DNA of 64,000 nucleotides, from the NCBI GenBank assembly GCA_964035545.1, contig OZ037765.1, positions 10,054,698 to 10,118,697 of the forward strand. Direction: 5' to 3'. The notes beneath the pieces were generated by a model, which worked only from the letters and a program-made list of their open reading frames with translations, did not search any database and was not told the origin of the DNA. Below, one piece after another: positions 1 through 11,800 of the stretch. Position numbers and translations under genes: made by a program. The stretch's first letter is position 1, and each line of letters begins with the position of its first letter. The DNA comes from Bugula neritina (taxonomy: Eukaryota > Animalia > Bryozoa).

Positions 1-768
1 TTTCTATCGTGTCAGCAAATCTCTGCTGTAAAAGACTAACAAGCAAGAAAAAAGTTAGTTTATTGATAAACTATAGCACCCTTTCATTTTTATCAAATGA
101 AAAATATTTCAACTTGATTATTAAGTAATTAGAAGATTGTAAACTATCATCATGGCTGCAAATTTTGCTTTCTCAATTTATCAAAGAAAATCAAAAGAGA
201 TGATTCTGTTAATAAAAAACTATCTTAGTACATACTATATTAATATAATTATATTGATATTCCACACACAAAATTAAGTAGCACATATACTTCTAAGAAA
301 ATAAAAAAGAACTCATGAATTGTTTAAGAAAGAATATAAATTTAAAATTAAATATTATATATATTGTTATTAGGATAGTCATATTTATATTGTATAATAT
401 TGCTATTCAAGGAAGATCTGATTTGCTTTTACTTTAACTTTTAGACTGAGTTTTACTCACTTTTACTTTTAGATTACAAATTTACTTTAAGTTTTACTGC
501 TATAATTAACATTATCATTACGAATCATGATGACCATCATAATTATATTTATTAATATAATTCATTTATTTTCATTTGAGTTTTAAGTTATATTAGACCC
601 AGAGTGAGAACACACACTTTCACTTTGATAACAATCACGATAAATCATAAATGTTAGTAATCGAGACCATTGAACTATAATCCTATAGTTTCAGTTCAGT
701 GATCGAGACAAATCAAAATGTGTAGCGCACACTAGGAAACCTTGACCCATGAAACGAAAGTCTGACAT
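1..768 (-). other. Probable 5' end of a divergent gene running off the left edge
   Basis: Minus strand has aaactATG at 768 (MSDFRFMGQ, then AAG|GTTTCC at ~740) and an acceptor ttttacag at ~27 followed by an open frame QRFADTIE. The two phases do not join directly. The intervening DNA has the same texture as other first introns. Confidence 0.3.
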
Positions 769-781
769 AGTTTTTTGTTGC

Positions 782-800
782 CCAATTAATTGAAGACACG
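782..800 (+). promoter_or_regulatory. ERSE-like ER stress element CCAAT-N9-ACACG
   Basis: ccaat taattgaag acacg. This is one mismatch to the ERSE consensus CCAAT-N9-CCACG with exact spacing, ~150 bp upstream of the PDIA6 ATG. Confidence 0.55.
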
Positions 801-951
801 AAGGAAAACCTCTTTCATACGCGTTTTTAATTTTCATTCATTGAATTCAGAGTGTTGGTAGATGTGGCTATTTGTAACTGGCCAAATCACCAGGATTAAT
901 TTTCCCTAATCGCGTCGATTAATTAAAAAAATAACAGTTACATGTAGAAAG

Positions 952-3900
952 ATGAAGGGACAGACCACTTTAGCTTTTGGTAAGACCTATATTTAGTGAC
1001 TAAAACTTTTAGTAAAAGTAAATTAAAAGTCAAAGAAAATGCCAAAGCCAAAGGAGTTGTTCAATTTAAACTTCATAATAATAAATACTATCATTTAATT
1101 TTATTTTTACTATTAATAATAATAGTAATACTAATAGTAGTAGTAATTTAATTAGTATTACTACTATTAGTATTACTGTTGACGTTGTCTGTTATTATAA
1201 GTATTAAGTTTAATAAAACTATTATTAATTGGCAATTACAATAATATTATTATTATACTTGATATAAATATTGCTATTACTATAACTATAACTATTAGTA
1301 TTACTATTAGACTTTTGCTAATAGTAATACTAATAGTAATAGTAATACTTATACTACCTTATAACACAAACTTAAACTCAGCTTAGCTAATACAGTAATA
1401 GTAATGCTATGTGCTAAAAATAAAACCCTAGGCCTATGGGGCATGGGCTATAACAGTGTAAGTATCAGTATAAATTACGGTTAAAAATTTAACAGAAGTT
1501 CAACAGCTACACCTTAGAGCTAAAATAAATTTACTCCAACATATGATAAATCTAAACAAACACAGCACAAGATGAAGACTAAGAGGCACTCATGACTTTG
1601 ACTTTACCAAAGTGAAAGTGTTTTGATTTTTGTGAGTAGGGACTGAGTTAATGATACTGAAAGTGAATCTGATACTTCAACTCTGAAACTTGAGAGTCAA
1701 GACTTCATAGTTAAGAGTAAAATCAAGAGCGTATTGATATTCATATTTATAAAGATTAACATATTAATAATAATATTAAATATGTTTATATTAATATAAA
1801 AATAATAATATAATAATACATTTTGTTAAGTTTGTACATTGGCTACATTTATCTGTATACACTGCATATATATTTTATAGGGTTGGTGCTGTTGGTTCCA
1901 TTTGCCTTTGCTCTATACAGTTCATCTGATGATGTCATACAACTTACTGGAACAGACTTTGACAGAAAAGTTATCAGCAGCAATGAACTGTGGATCGTTG
2001 AATTTTATGCACCTTGGTGTGGTCATTGTAAAAATCTTGCACCAGAATGGAAAAAGGCTGCTAAAGCCTTAAAAGTAAGGTTAACATGAGATGTAAATAG
2101 GCTAGTTGTTTTGTTGTGTCATACACATGTATGTTTAAAATGCCATTTTATGTGAGTTCAATGCTTGTTTTTATTTGTAGGGAATCGTAAATATAGCAGC
2201 TGTGGATGCTGATGCCCATCGTGATGTTGGTGGTAAATATGGTGTGCAAGGATTTCCCACCATCAAAATATTTGGAGCTAATAAAAATTCACCCAGTGAT
2301 TACAATGGTATGGAGCTGTAACTTTCGTTCTGAAATTATAAAATTTTGAAGCAGAAGTTTTTTCATGTTTACGGTTCTGTTTAATGGCCTAATTTTAAAG
2401 TTGTTTTTTAGGAGGAAGAACTGCACAAGCAATTGTTGATCAAGCCATAACTGAATTGAAAAAAATTGCTAATGCTCGTCTTGGAGGAAAATCTTCAGTA
2501 AGAATTTCCCTTGTTAATAACCATGTTGGACCAAAGATGGTGGCTAGCGCTCTTAAATTAATATTTTATCATAACTTCTTAATGCTTTAGGAACATCTTC
2601 TCGTGGCTTTCTCAAATTTCTTTGATATAATTTTGTTTTATAGCAACAGTGCTAATAAGAATATAGCTATTTATTTCTAAAATTTAAAATGATGTCTGGA
2701 ATTTTACTGTCTCTCTAGGGAGGTGGTTCTAGTGGAGGGTCAGGTGGCTCTGACAAGGATGTTGTTGAATTGACTGAAAGCAACTTTGAGAAGCTCGTCC
2801 TAAACAGTGAAGACATGTGGCTAGTTGAATTCTTTGCGCCGTGGTGTGGTCACTGCAAGAACCTGGCTCCTCATTGGGCTAGTGCTGCCACACAACTGAA
2901 AGGAAAGGTCAGCCTTCTCATGTTTTCTTGCTCTACTATTCAGAGCAAATTTAAATCGTTAAAATGCTGGCAAACCTTTTCTTATATGACAATATATTGA
3001 CCTTTGTGAGAATCATTGTTCAGTTACAAATTAGTCTATATTGAATTGTTTATCTATAATATCAATTTGCAGTATTTTTAAGTGCATAAAATTCATTTTT
3101 TAGTACTTTGAAATACATAATATATCTGAACAGATATTATAATACAGGTGAAATTGGGAGCTGTTGATGCTACCGTTCACTCCGGATTGGCTAGTAAATA
3201 TGGAGTCCGAGGTTATCCAACTATCAAATACTTCCCTCAAGGCCAGAAATCTGGTGCAGAAGAATATGATGGTGGAAGAACTACTGCTGATATAACTCAG
3301 TGGGCTTTAAGCCGATTTGAAGAGAACATTCCTCCACCAGAAGTGATCCAGGTGAGTTGGTTGGTTAACTGATCTATTTGATTTGACTATATTTAAAGGA
3401 CTAAAGCTGATTACTGCATAGTTGTATGTTATAACTCTTATTCTGTTCTTTGCAGATCACTAAACAAGAAGATTTAAAATCATCCTGTGATGACTTTCAA
3501 CTCTGCATCATTGCTTTCCTTCCTCATATTCTTGATTGTCAGTCAGAATGTAGAAACAAGTTCATTGATATTCTCAAAGTAGAATCTGAGAAATTTAAGA
3601 AGCAGAAATGGAGGTACTATTTACATGTGGTACTTTTTGGTCATAGTTACACAGCATTCTCTTTCTAAACTTTCTTTCATTTTATTAAAAGCTTTTAATT
3701 GCCCAAAAGTTTATCAATTTTCCTATAGATATATGTTTATACCCCAAAGTTCTTCTGCAACTCGGCACTTTTTGTAGTAGGGACTGTGAGGTTTACTGAA
3801 TTTACTTAACACAAAGAAATTTGCTTCAGGAAAATAAAGTGTATGTTGTAAAAAGACAAATAGATTATGTAAGGTGAAGTCATACTTAAGGTTGATCTTT

Positions 3901-4972
3901 CTGAGGGTATTTTTGCCCTTATGTTGTGGAATGTAATACTCGAAACATTGGGTTGCGAGAATAGTTCCAAGGTGACATCAGATCTTTTATATCTTACTCA
4001 AAAGTACTAGCATTTAATTTTGTCATCTTACTACATTGTTGTTTTTATTATTACTGATGCTTTTATTGTATTAATTCAATACCTTTATTATAGGCACAAG
4101 TTTAAGATTTATATCATATCTCTCATCCATTTAGTTTCAATGAACCTGGTGTTATTAAAATCGATACTGTTTTTCAGTTACAGTATATAAACTTTTGAAG
4201 TTTCCAGGTTTGGTTGGTCTGGGTAGCTAGTCTCCAACATGAAAATTATTATTTGCTGATTATTTATGTGAGGAAAACTAATATTTATATTACCCGTTAT
4301 CCAATATTTAATTTATCTGTTTTCCAATATTTGTGTTTGTTGATAGTGTTGTGCTAATGTTAATAACTGGGAGTTGGACATTTAACTTAAAGTCCATGAT
4401 CCTAGCACACCCAATTCCCATGTGCAAACATTTAAGAGCAAAAATTTAAACATCAAAAGCTTTTTCCTCACCAAATATTTTAACTGTTGCTATCTCCAAG
4501 TTTTAGAGACGAATGTTTCATGTTTCAGCTGGCTTTGGGTAGAGGGAGCAGCCCAATTAGATTTAGAGCAGGCCGTGGGTGTAGGAGGATTTGGGTATCC
4601 TGCCATGGCTGCTATGAACGCTAGGAAAATGAAGTATGCGTTGATGAGAGGATCATTTGGTGCTACTGGCATACATGAGTTCCTGAGGTGAGTAGTGGTG
4701 ACCAACATTTCATGTTACCTATATTATAGTTATAATGTGAGCATTCGCTTATTCAGACTGCGCAGTCATGTTTTCTACAAATTATTTTTATCACTTTTAG
4801 GGATTTGTCCTACGGTAAAGGATCTACTGCACCAGTAGCAGGAGCTGCTTTACCGTCTATTATTACAACTGACCCATGGGATGGAAAGGATGGTGAATAC
4901 CCAACTGAAGATTATGGGGATTTGGATGATATTGAATTAGAACCATTAGATTCTCAGAAAGAGGAGTTGTAA
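952..4972 (+). CDS. PDIA6: Protein disulfide-isomerase A6 (P5)
   Basis: Nine coding exons with GT-AG introns: 952-979, 1881-2074, 2181-2307, 2412-2497, 2719-2907, 3148-3351, 3456-3612, 4529-4687, 4801-4972. Signal peptide [20 protein letters not shown], two WCGHC thioredoxin domains, GGFGYPAM b-domain motif, C-terminal KEEL. Confidence 0.97.
1080..1760. repeat. Period-6 quasi-palindromic domain in PDIA6 intron 1
   Basis: aatagt/aatact/actatt arrays. Perfect 20-bp inverted repeat 1291-1310/1318-1337 and a 22-bp inverted repeat with one mismatch within 1121-1180. Confidence 0.85.
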
Positions 4973-5122
4973 ATGTGAACTACAATACTTAGTCTTGTAA
5001 CAATTATTTAAAACATGCGATTATTGTCAATAGGTAATGAATAATATTATATGTATATTTCCCTCCTTTACTCTTAGATACATTCTCAAGTTTGTCTCAG
5101 AATAAAAAAAAACAAACTTTAA

Positions 5123-7004
5123 TTATGTGTTGTGTTTCCCAATAGCATTTATGCCCTTGTTGGTAAAGGTTTTGGAGTTTGTACTAGGCTTTTGAAGATT
5201 CCAAATTCTTACTCCGTCTCTGGTGAAATGCTGTATATGATATTGACAACTAGGAGTCTGTAATACAGAAGTAATTCTTCTGTTGCTTTGTCCACCAGTA
5301 CTCTGCTCGGTCTGTAGCTCTACATCTAAACCAGCTATAAAATCACTCAACAAATGCATGTTGTTGGTTGTAGGTAGGCCTGCTTTGGTATTCACTTTGT
5401 TATACTGCCTGAACATATAATTTATTACCTCTTCAAATGTCTGATCTTCTTGCCTCAAGTTGGAAAAATCTACTGGTGATGCTGATTGCTGTCTTTTTGT
5501 TCTGACTATTCGTAAGCAGCCTTCATAAATCGTAAAAAAATTGTTAAGCTGACCCCACATGCCGTACAGATGCCCTGGCATTGGGCTTCCTGTTGATAGA
5601 GCATTTTTTATTTTGTATCGTGTTAGTAGAAGCAGCGATATTCCTACCCATTTCAGTACCCTGTGTTCTGTTGATCTCTCTTTATGCTTGTTTAACATAT
5701 CCAAAGTAGCTTTTAAAAGGTTGAGGCTAGTAGCCACTGAGGACAGAATTTTATAGAGCAGGTTGCGATTGCAGTTTAGCCATTTTTCAACTGTGTCCAT
5801 TACTGGGTAAATAACAGCTGTGCAACATGCTGCAGGTGTTGGACAAAAGTTTTTAAAGCAATATGGCTGCACATTTCTAGTTCTGTGAGCAGAAGAGTTT
5901 GATGAGCTAGGGTGGGGTTTTGTAAGCATTGAATATGGTGTTGTAAATTTACTGCCTGCTACATGTATACTTGGCGAGACTAGCTTGGTGTTTATAACCA
6001 TGTGCTTTAGTTGAGACTTTGGTGCTTCTAATTTATTGGTTGGCTGTTGTACAGGCATCATAACAAATTTTGGAGCGAAGGAGTGATGGCTACTTGGTGA
6101 TAAAATAAATTTGTTTACTACTTGTGATACATGGTTTGGTCTTCCCTCATTCTGTTGATTCAGTAGTTCCCTTAAAGAAGAAACATTTTGTTTTTGTTTT
6201 GGTGAAACATTTTCACTGCTCGTCTTTGGTTTTATAGTATTCTGAGGTAGCGATGGTTTTACTGTTGCTGGTTGTGATGTGCACTTTTCGGTCATCCTTT
6301 CAGCACTCTGAAGTTTAGGCGAACACAAACTTAGCACAAATGGAGTTAACTTTGCTTTATCAGTCAAATCATACACGATTCTTTTGTTCAGTTGTAGCTG
6401 CCTTGGTACTACAACAGGTTTACATTGCTTAGTCAAGAAAGCTGGTATTTAGAATAAGAATATAGGTCAATTTATTAAAATACACCTATATAATGTAAAA
6501 TACTCGGTTATACACTTCTACCAAGAAAATTTGTATCAGAATGTTTTAGTCTTGCATTATTATAATGCAGACACATTTCTTTGAAAATTTTGCTTTACTA
6601 CCAAAGAAACTTACACAAAATTTATTGCAGTAAAGAAGTAAAATGCAGTATTATCTATACACGCACACAATACACATACATATATTATATGTACTATATT
6701 TATTATGTGTATAAGAGGTAGCTATTACTAGTGTAGACCTATAAGAAATAACATTCGTGTGCCACTAACTTGTCTCACCCTCACCTTTACTCGCAGGTGA
6801 ACTCGTAGGACTTGAGTGAGGGAGTTGTTGGTCTTTCAAGTCATTTTGCTCAGAATTTGAAATAGTTTTTATTCTTTTGCATTTTGGTCCATTGCCATCA
6901 CATTTTAATGTGGGACAAGTTCTTTGGGGAAACTTTTGTTTTCTACTTCTCTGTGCATTAGTTGGTGATTCCTGTAGCTTTGTTTCTAACTCTTCTGAGG
7001 CCAT
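5123..7004 (-). CDS. Uncharacterised ~512-aa protein (no family recognised)
   Basis: join(7004..6785, 6441..5123). Acceptor ttcag|tctcATG; donor AAG|GTGAGG is in phase 1 with acceptor ccag|CTTTC. The last exon is a 1.3-kb stop-free frame in AT-rich DNA. An upstream UTR donor CAG|GTGAGC lies at 7460. Confidence 0.75.
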
Positions 7005-7031
7005 GAGACTGAAGTATTTAGGTAATAAACC

Positions 7032-7174
<143 letters not shown>

Positions 7175-8882
7175 AGTTTTTATTACTATTGTCCAAAATA
7201 ACTATTACATCATTTAGATGTATAGGTATGCTAACATTTTTTACTGTAGCCTATATGTTGATAAGCATGACAAGGTTAATCAACTACATGCTATGGCTAT
7301 AATAAATAATATTATTCACGTTTTAGCATGCACTTTTGAGTGCACAGGTAAAAAGATAAAGTAATTTAGCATTAACATAAATAATCAACTTATTCAAATG
7401 TAAAGTTACATTCACTTGACCAATTAAAACCAAGCTTGCTGAATTCAAAGCACGCTCACCTGGATTTCAAGTTCTGTTCGTTCTCATTTAATTTCTGCAG
7501 GTCAACACTTTTGATGATGTAGAAGTAAATATGATGTCATAATCAGTAAGAGTATTGTTAGATTACCTCATCAAGAATATCATAAATAATATGTATCTAC
7601 ATTATTGTGTATGGCCTCAAAAACCTATTTTCTTTTGCTGCTGCACATTCCTAACACTGTTGCCCACTGTGGTGTGTTACATATTGGCTGCATAACCCTT
7701 ATATAACAATTAAGTTTACTTCCATTGAAAGTGCTGAGCATGTAGATATTATATACTATATATGAAGTTTATACCAGTATATAAGTTTATGATTAAAAAT
7801 TGCAAATTTACAACTCTTCAAAAAGCAATTTTATTGTATAAAAAGAGCATTTTGATTGGTTTACAAATTTAACGTAAATATAGGTGTTTTAAAGCCAAAT
7901 AGATATTTTGCAACTATATCTTTATGTGCATTGTGCAAATATAGCTTGCCTGTTGTGTCAGCTTGTGTTTTAGACAATGTGTATTTTATTGAAGTATATT
8001 TCAACATTTAAAGAATCCTTCATTTTTGGATGGTCAGAAAGAATATGATACAAAATAGTTGTAGTTGATCAATAGTATTCAACAGTTGTCATATAAGCAA
8101 CTGCATGAATGAAAATTTTGCTAGGCAATAAAAATAATTAATTACATGTATAACAAATAATGTATTATATAAGTAACTATGAAGACATTCATTCATATAA
8201 TCGATTTAAAAAGCTTTACATGTTTTTTATTATAGATAACTACTTTTGTGGCTTACAATTAGCTTGTTTTTTAATCTCACCCACTTCCAAGAAAATTGCA
8301 TTTCTTGTTACACACATGTACAAAAGTTGTAGGACGCACAACTTTTTATGTTTTCACATTGACAAGAATGTGCTGACTTTTGGTAACTTCCGTGACAGTA
8401 CAGTGACAGGCATTTAATTATTATACATAACTCCACAAGGCTGTGTATATGTCTAGATATACCTTTAGTATATTTCATACGTAATTCACACATACTAACA
8501 TATTATTATTTCTAAATATGATAGAAATTATAAACAATGTTTATTTGTGAGAAATGGATAAATCATGGTAAACTAATGTATGTACATAAATATTTAAAGC
8601 CTATGCAAAGCGATTCAACCCAAGTGAAAACATTTACAGTTTCATATATACATAAAGTACATTAAGCAGTCAAAATACAAGAAAAAAGCTATATAGCATG
8701 TAATATTATGTACATTACATAGAATTCATATATCAAATATATTATAAACAATCACTGCATTACCTTGACTCAATAATTACCATATTCATATGCACAGCAA
8801 GTCCAAATCATAAATTACATACAAATTTGAAAATAATTAAAGTTTTTAAAAGTTTGATTGTTTATTAACAGTCATGAGGAGA

Positions 8883-11800
8883 TCAAGATTTCTTGGAATC
8901 TGTCTGAACTTTAATATCTTTGAGTTGATGTACAAAATATTTTTCTAATTTTTCAGCGCATACAAATATTGGTGTGTCCTTTGCATTGTAATATCTAGCA
9001 TTGTTGAAGATTTTGGTTGCATCCTTAGCAAAATCTCCTATAGTAGTGTACTTATTGGACTTCAACTTCTTACTTAAAGTAGCCAAATCTGCAACATTGT
9101 GCAAAAATATATAACAAAAATATGAATGAAATAAGCATAAAACATACATAGACAACATTGACAGAATAAAACATATAAGATACTAACCCATTGGCTCTGT
9201 AACCACTTGGTAGTAGTCTGGTACTTTGTGAGCATCAACAGCTTCTAAGAACGGCCAGGCCATTTCGTGGCTCTGAAAAAGGTTCAACACGTTCTACACC
9301 AACAGAAAGACTTATATTCCACATGTGTTACAAAACACTGTCATGCAATCCCCTATGTGTACCAACATAATTCTAGAACTCTCTGAAAACTGAATGCAAT
9401 AGAAGACAATTCTTGAGCACTTGTTCTCCCTCTAAATTTTTGTTATCAATAACATTTATAACTACTGTTGCCTAAAGTGAGGATTACAGAATAACAGAGA
9501 ATGTCATGAATCCCCATAGAAGAAAAATTGAAGCACAATTGTGTGGCATTTAGATGTATAACCCAGCAGGCCAAAACACTAGAGTGACAAATATGGGACA
9601 ACCAGAAATGCACACAAACCTCCTGTAAAGAAACACAATACAACTACAATTTTCTAACCTACCTGAAGAGATTTAACAAGTTTCCGTAATCTAGTCAAAC
9701 AATGGCCTCTGATTGGCTGTGCATGACTAGATGCTTGCTTTCCCTTAGCTTGGCAAGTTGGACACATATAGCTGTCACTAGCCTCGGCTTCCTCTTGTGT
9801 GATCCCCACACAGTCTGGGTGAAACCAGCCCTCACAATCATCACATCCAACATAAAACCTGCAGCAAGCAAAGTGTTAATCTTCAGAGTAGATAACTCCA
9901 AAGTTTCTAATTCATACCAGTTTATGCATCAATAAATGTCAACAGAAATTAATAAAGGCCAATTAAGCTTGAATATACATGCATAGCTGAAGGCCCTACT
10001 GATATTCCAATAATTAACATATACCAGACTGAGAAATCCTTCATTTGATTACCAATTAAGAAGAAAAGCAACTGTTAACACATTCCATGAAAACAAAAGT
10101 TTACTAACTGTGAATCGTCATAAGGCTTGTTACAAAGACAGTAGAGTTCCTCGGTACTCTCTTGCTGGTGACGTAAACAGGACGTGCAGGTAAATGAGTC
10201 AACAGTGCTGTCATTCTCAGCTATTCCAACACAGGAGCCGTGAAACCAGTTGGCGCAAATATCACAACCCACATAAAATCTGCAAAACACATGCACACGT
10301 TTTAATTGTTGTTAAACAAGTTTTGCTATAAAAGTAGGGTTTTAAGTTGCTTATAGGTCAGTACATTCACACTTCAAAAAATACTAATTAGAAAAAAACA
10401 GATAATTCCCACAGCATATGAGTTGATATGCGCACTGTACACCAGGATAGAGAAGTTGAACGTACTTAGTTTTGTCTAAAGGTGTCTGGCAGATGCAATA
10501 GAGTTTATTCTGAAGAGTCTTTGGCTTAGTGATAGATTTCTTTCCAGACTGTAAATAGAGGAGTGTTACATCATCATGAAGCATAATCAAGAACACACTC
10601 GACTACTAATACTAACACATTAGACCAAATACAATTTTGATTTGAAATAGCCCGATACTGTTGACAAAGCACCTTGCGAAAGTGTGCACAAACCTTCAAC
10701 CAAGTATTAACCTCTATTAAAGTAATACAGCTACAGCTACCTGAGCAAGACTACAGGAGTCTAGGTGAAAAATTGAGGTAATACAAACTATTGAACACAT
10801 CACTTATAAACTTACTTTAGCAGGTGGTGCTTCTTCTGTGTCGAGGCTGAGCAACTTACGCTTCTTGGCATATTTACTGGTACTCAGTCTGCTGGTCCGG
10901 GCCGCAATAGGAGTGGCGCTGGCTGCACTAGGGCTACTTTCATCTGGCTCTTTTTTCACCTTTTCTTTTCCGATTTTCTGCTTCCTCACCGACTCATTTT
11001 TCACTGAGCTGTGATTTACATCTAAATAGCTGGAATCCTGTTCCTTCTTAGTAGCTCCACCAAAGTCTATAACCGACCCAGTCTCCGCAAACACTTCATC
11101 CTGTCATGTGTAGAGAGCTAGTATAACAACACTTCCATGCAGCAGATCCTTCAATGCTCAGGATACAGGTAATATATTATAATGGAAGATATTAACCATG
11201 GCAGCTCATTACATACCCGAATTTCTTTCTTCAGAGTGAAATCGAGAACTTCCTTTTTCTTTCTGAGTTCCTTTTTAAGTAGCGTCTTGTGCTTTTCAAG
11301 GAGCTGCTTCAGTTTTCTAGCTTTGTCTTTCTCCTTCCTTCTCTTATAATCTTCTTTATTCTTAAGCTTTTTCAGCCTTGCTTGTTCACTAAGCAAACAT
11401 ATCATACATTACATACTCTCATAATTTATATTAAAACAGGTGGAAAGACGATAAACACACGAATGCAATAGATATAGCAAATACTTTAAATCTAGTACGG
11501 TTAAAGTTGATAATGCATTCAATGCGCATACAACTAAATTGCAAACCTGCAGTGCATCAGAGCTGCATTACACTGCATATGCCCAAAACATTCTAGAATA
11601 GCAATTTTGGGATGATTTCTCATAAAGCTGTAAAACCGATCATTGTGTTCAAAACCCTCAATTGTATTGAAACACGTCAAAAGACATTAGCAGCATGGCA
11701 ACTAATAACATTCACAAACTATACTATTACACTAAGCATAACAATGCCTTACATTTCTTCTTCGGTGAGAACTTTCGGTTCAAACATGGTGGGAGGAGGA

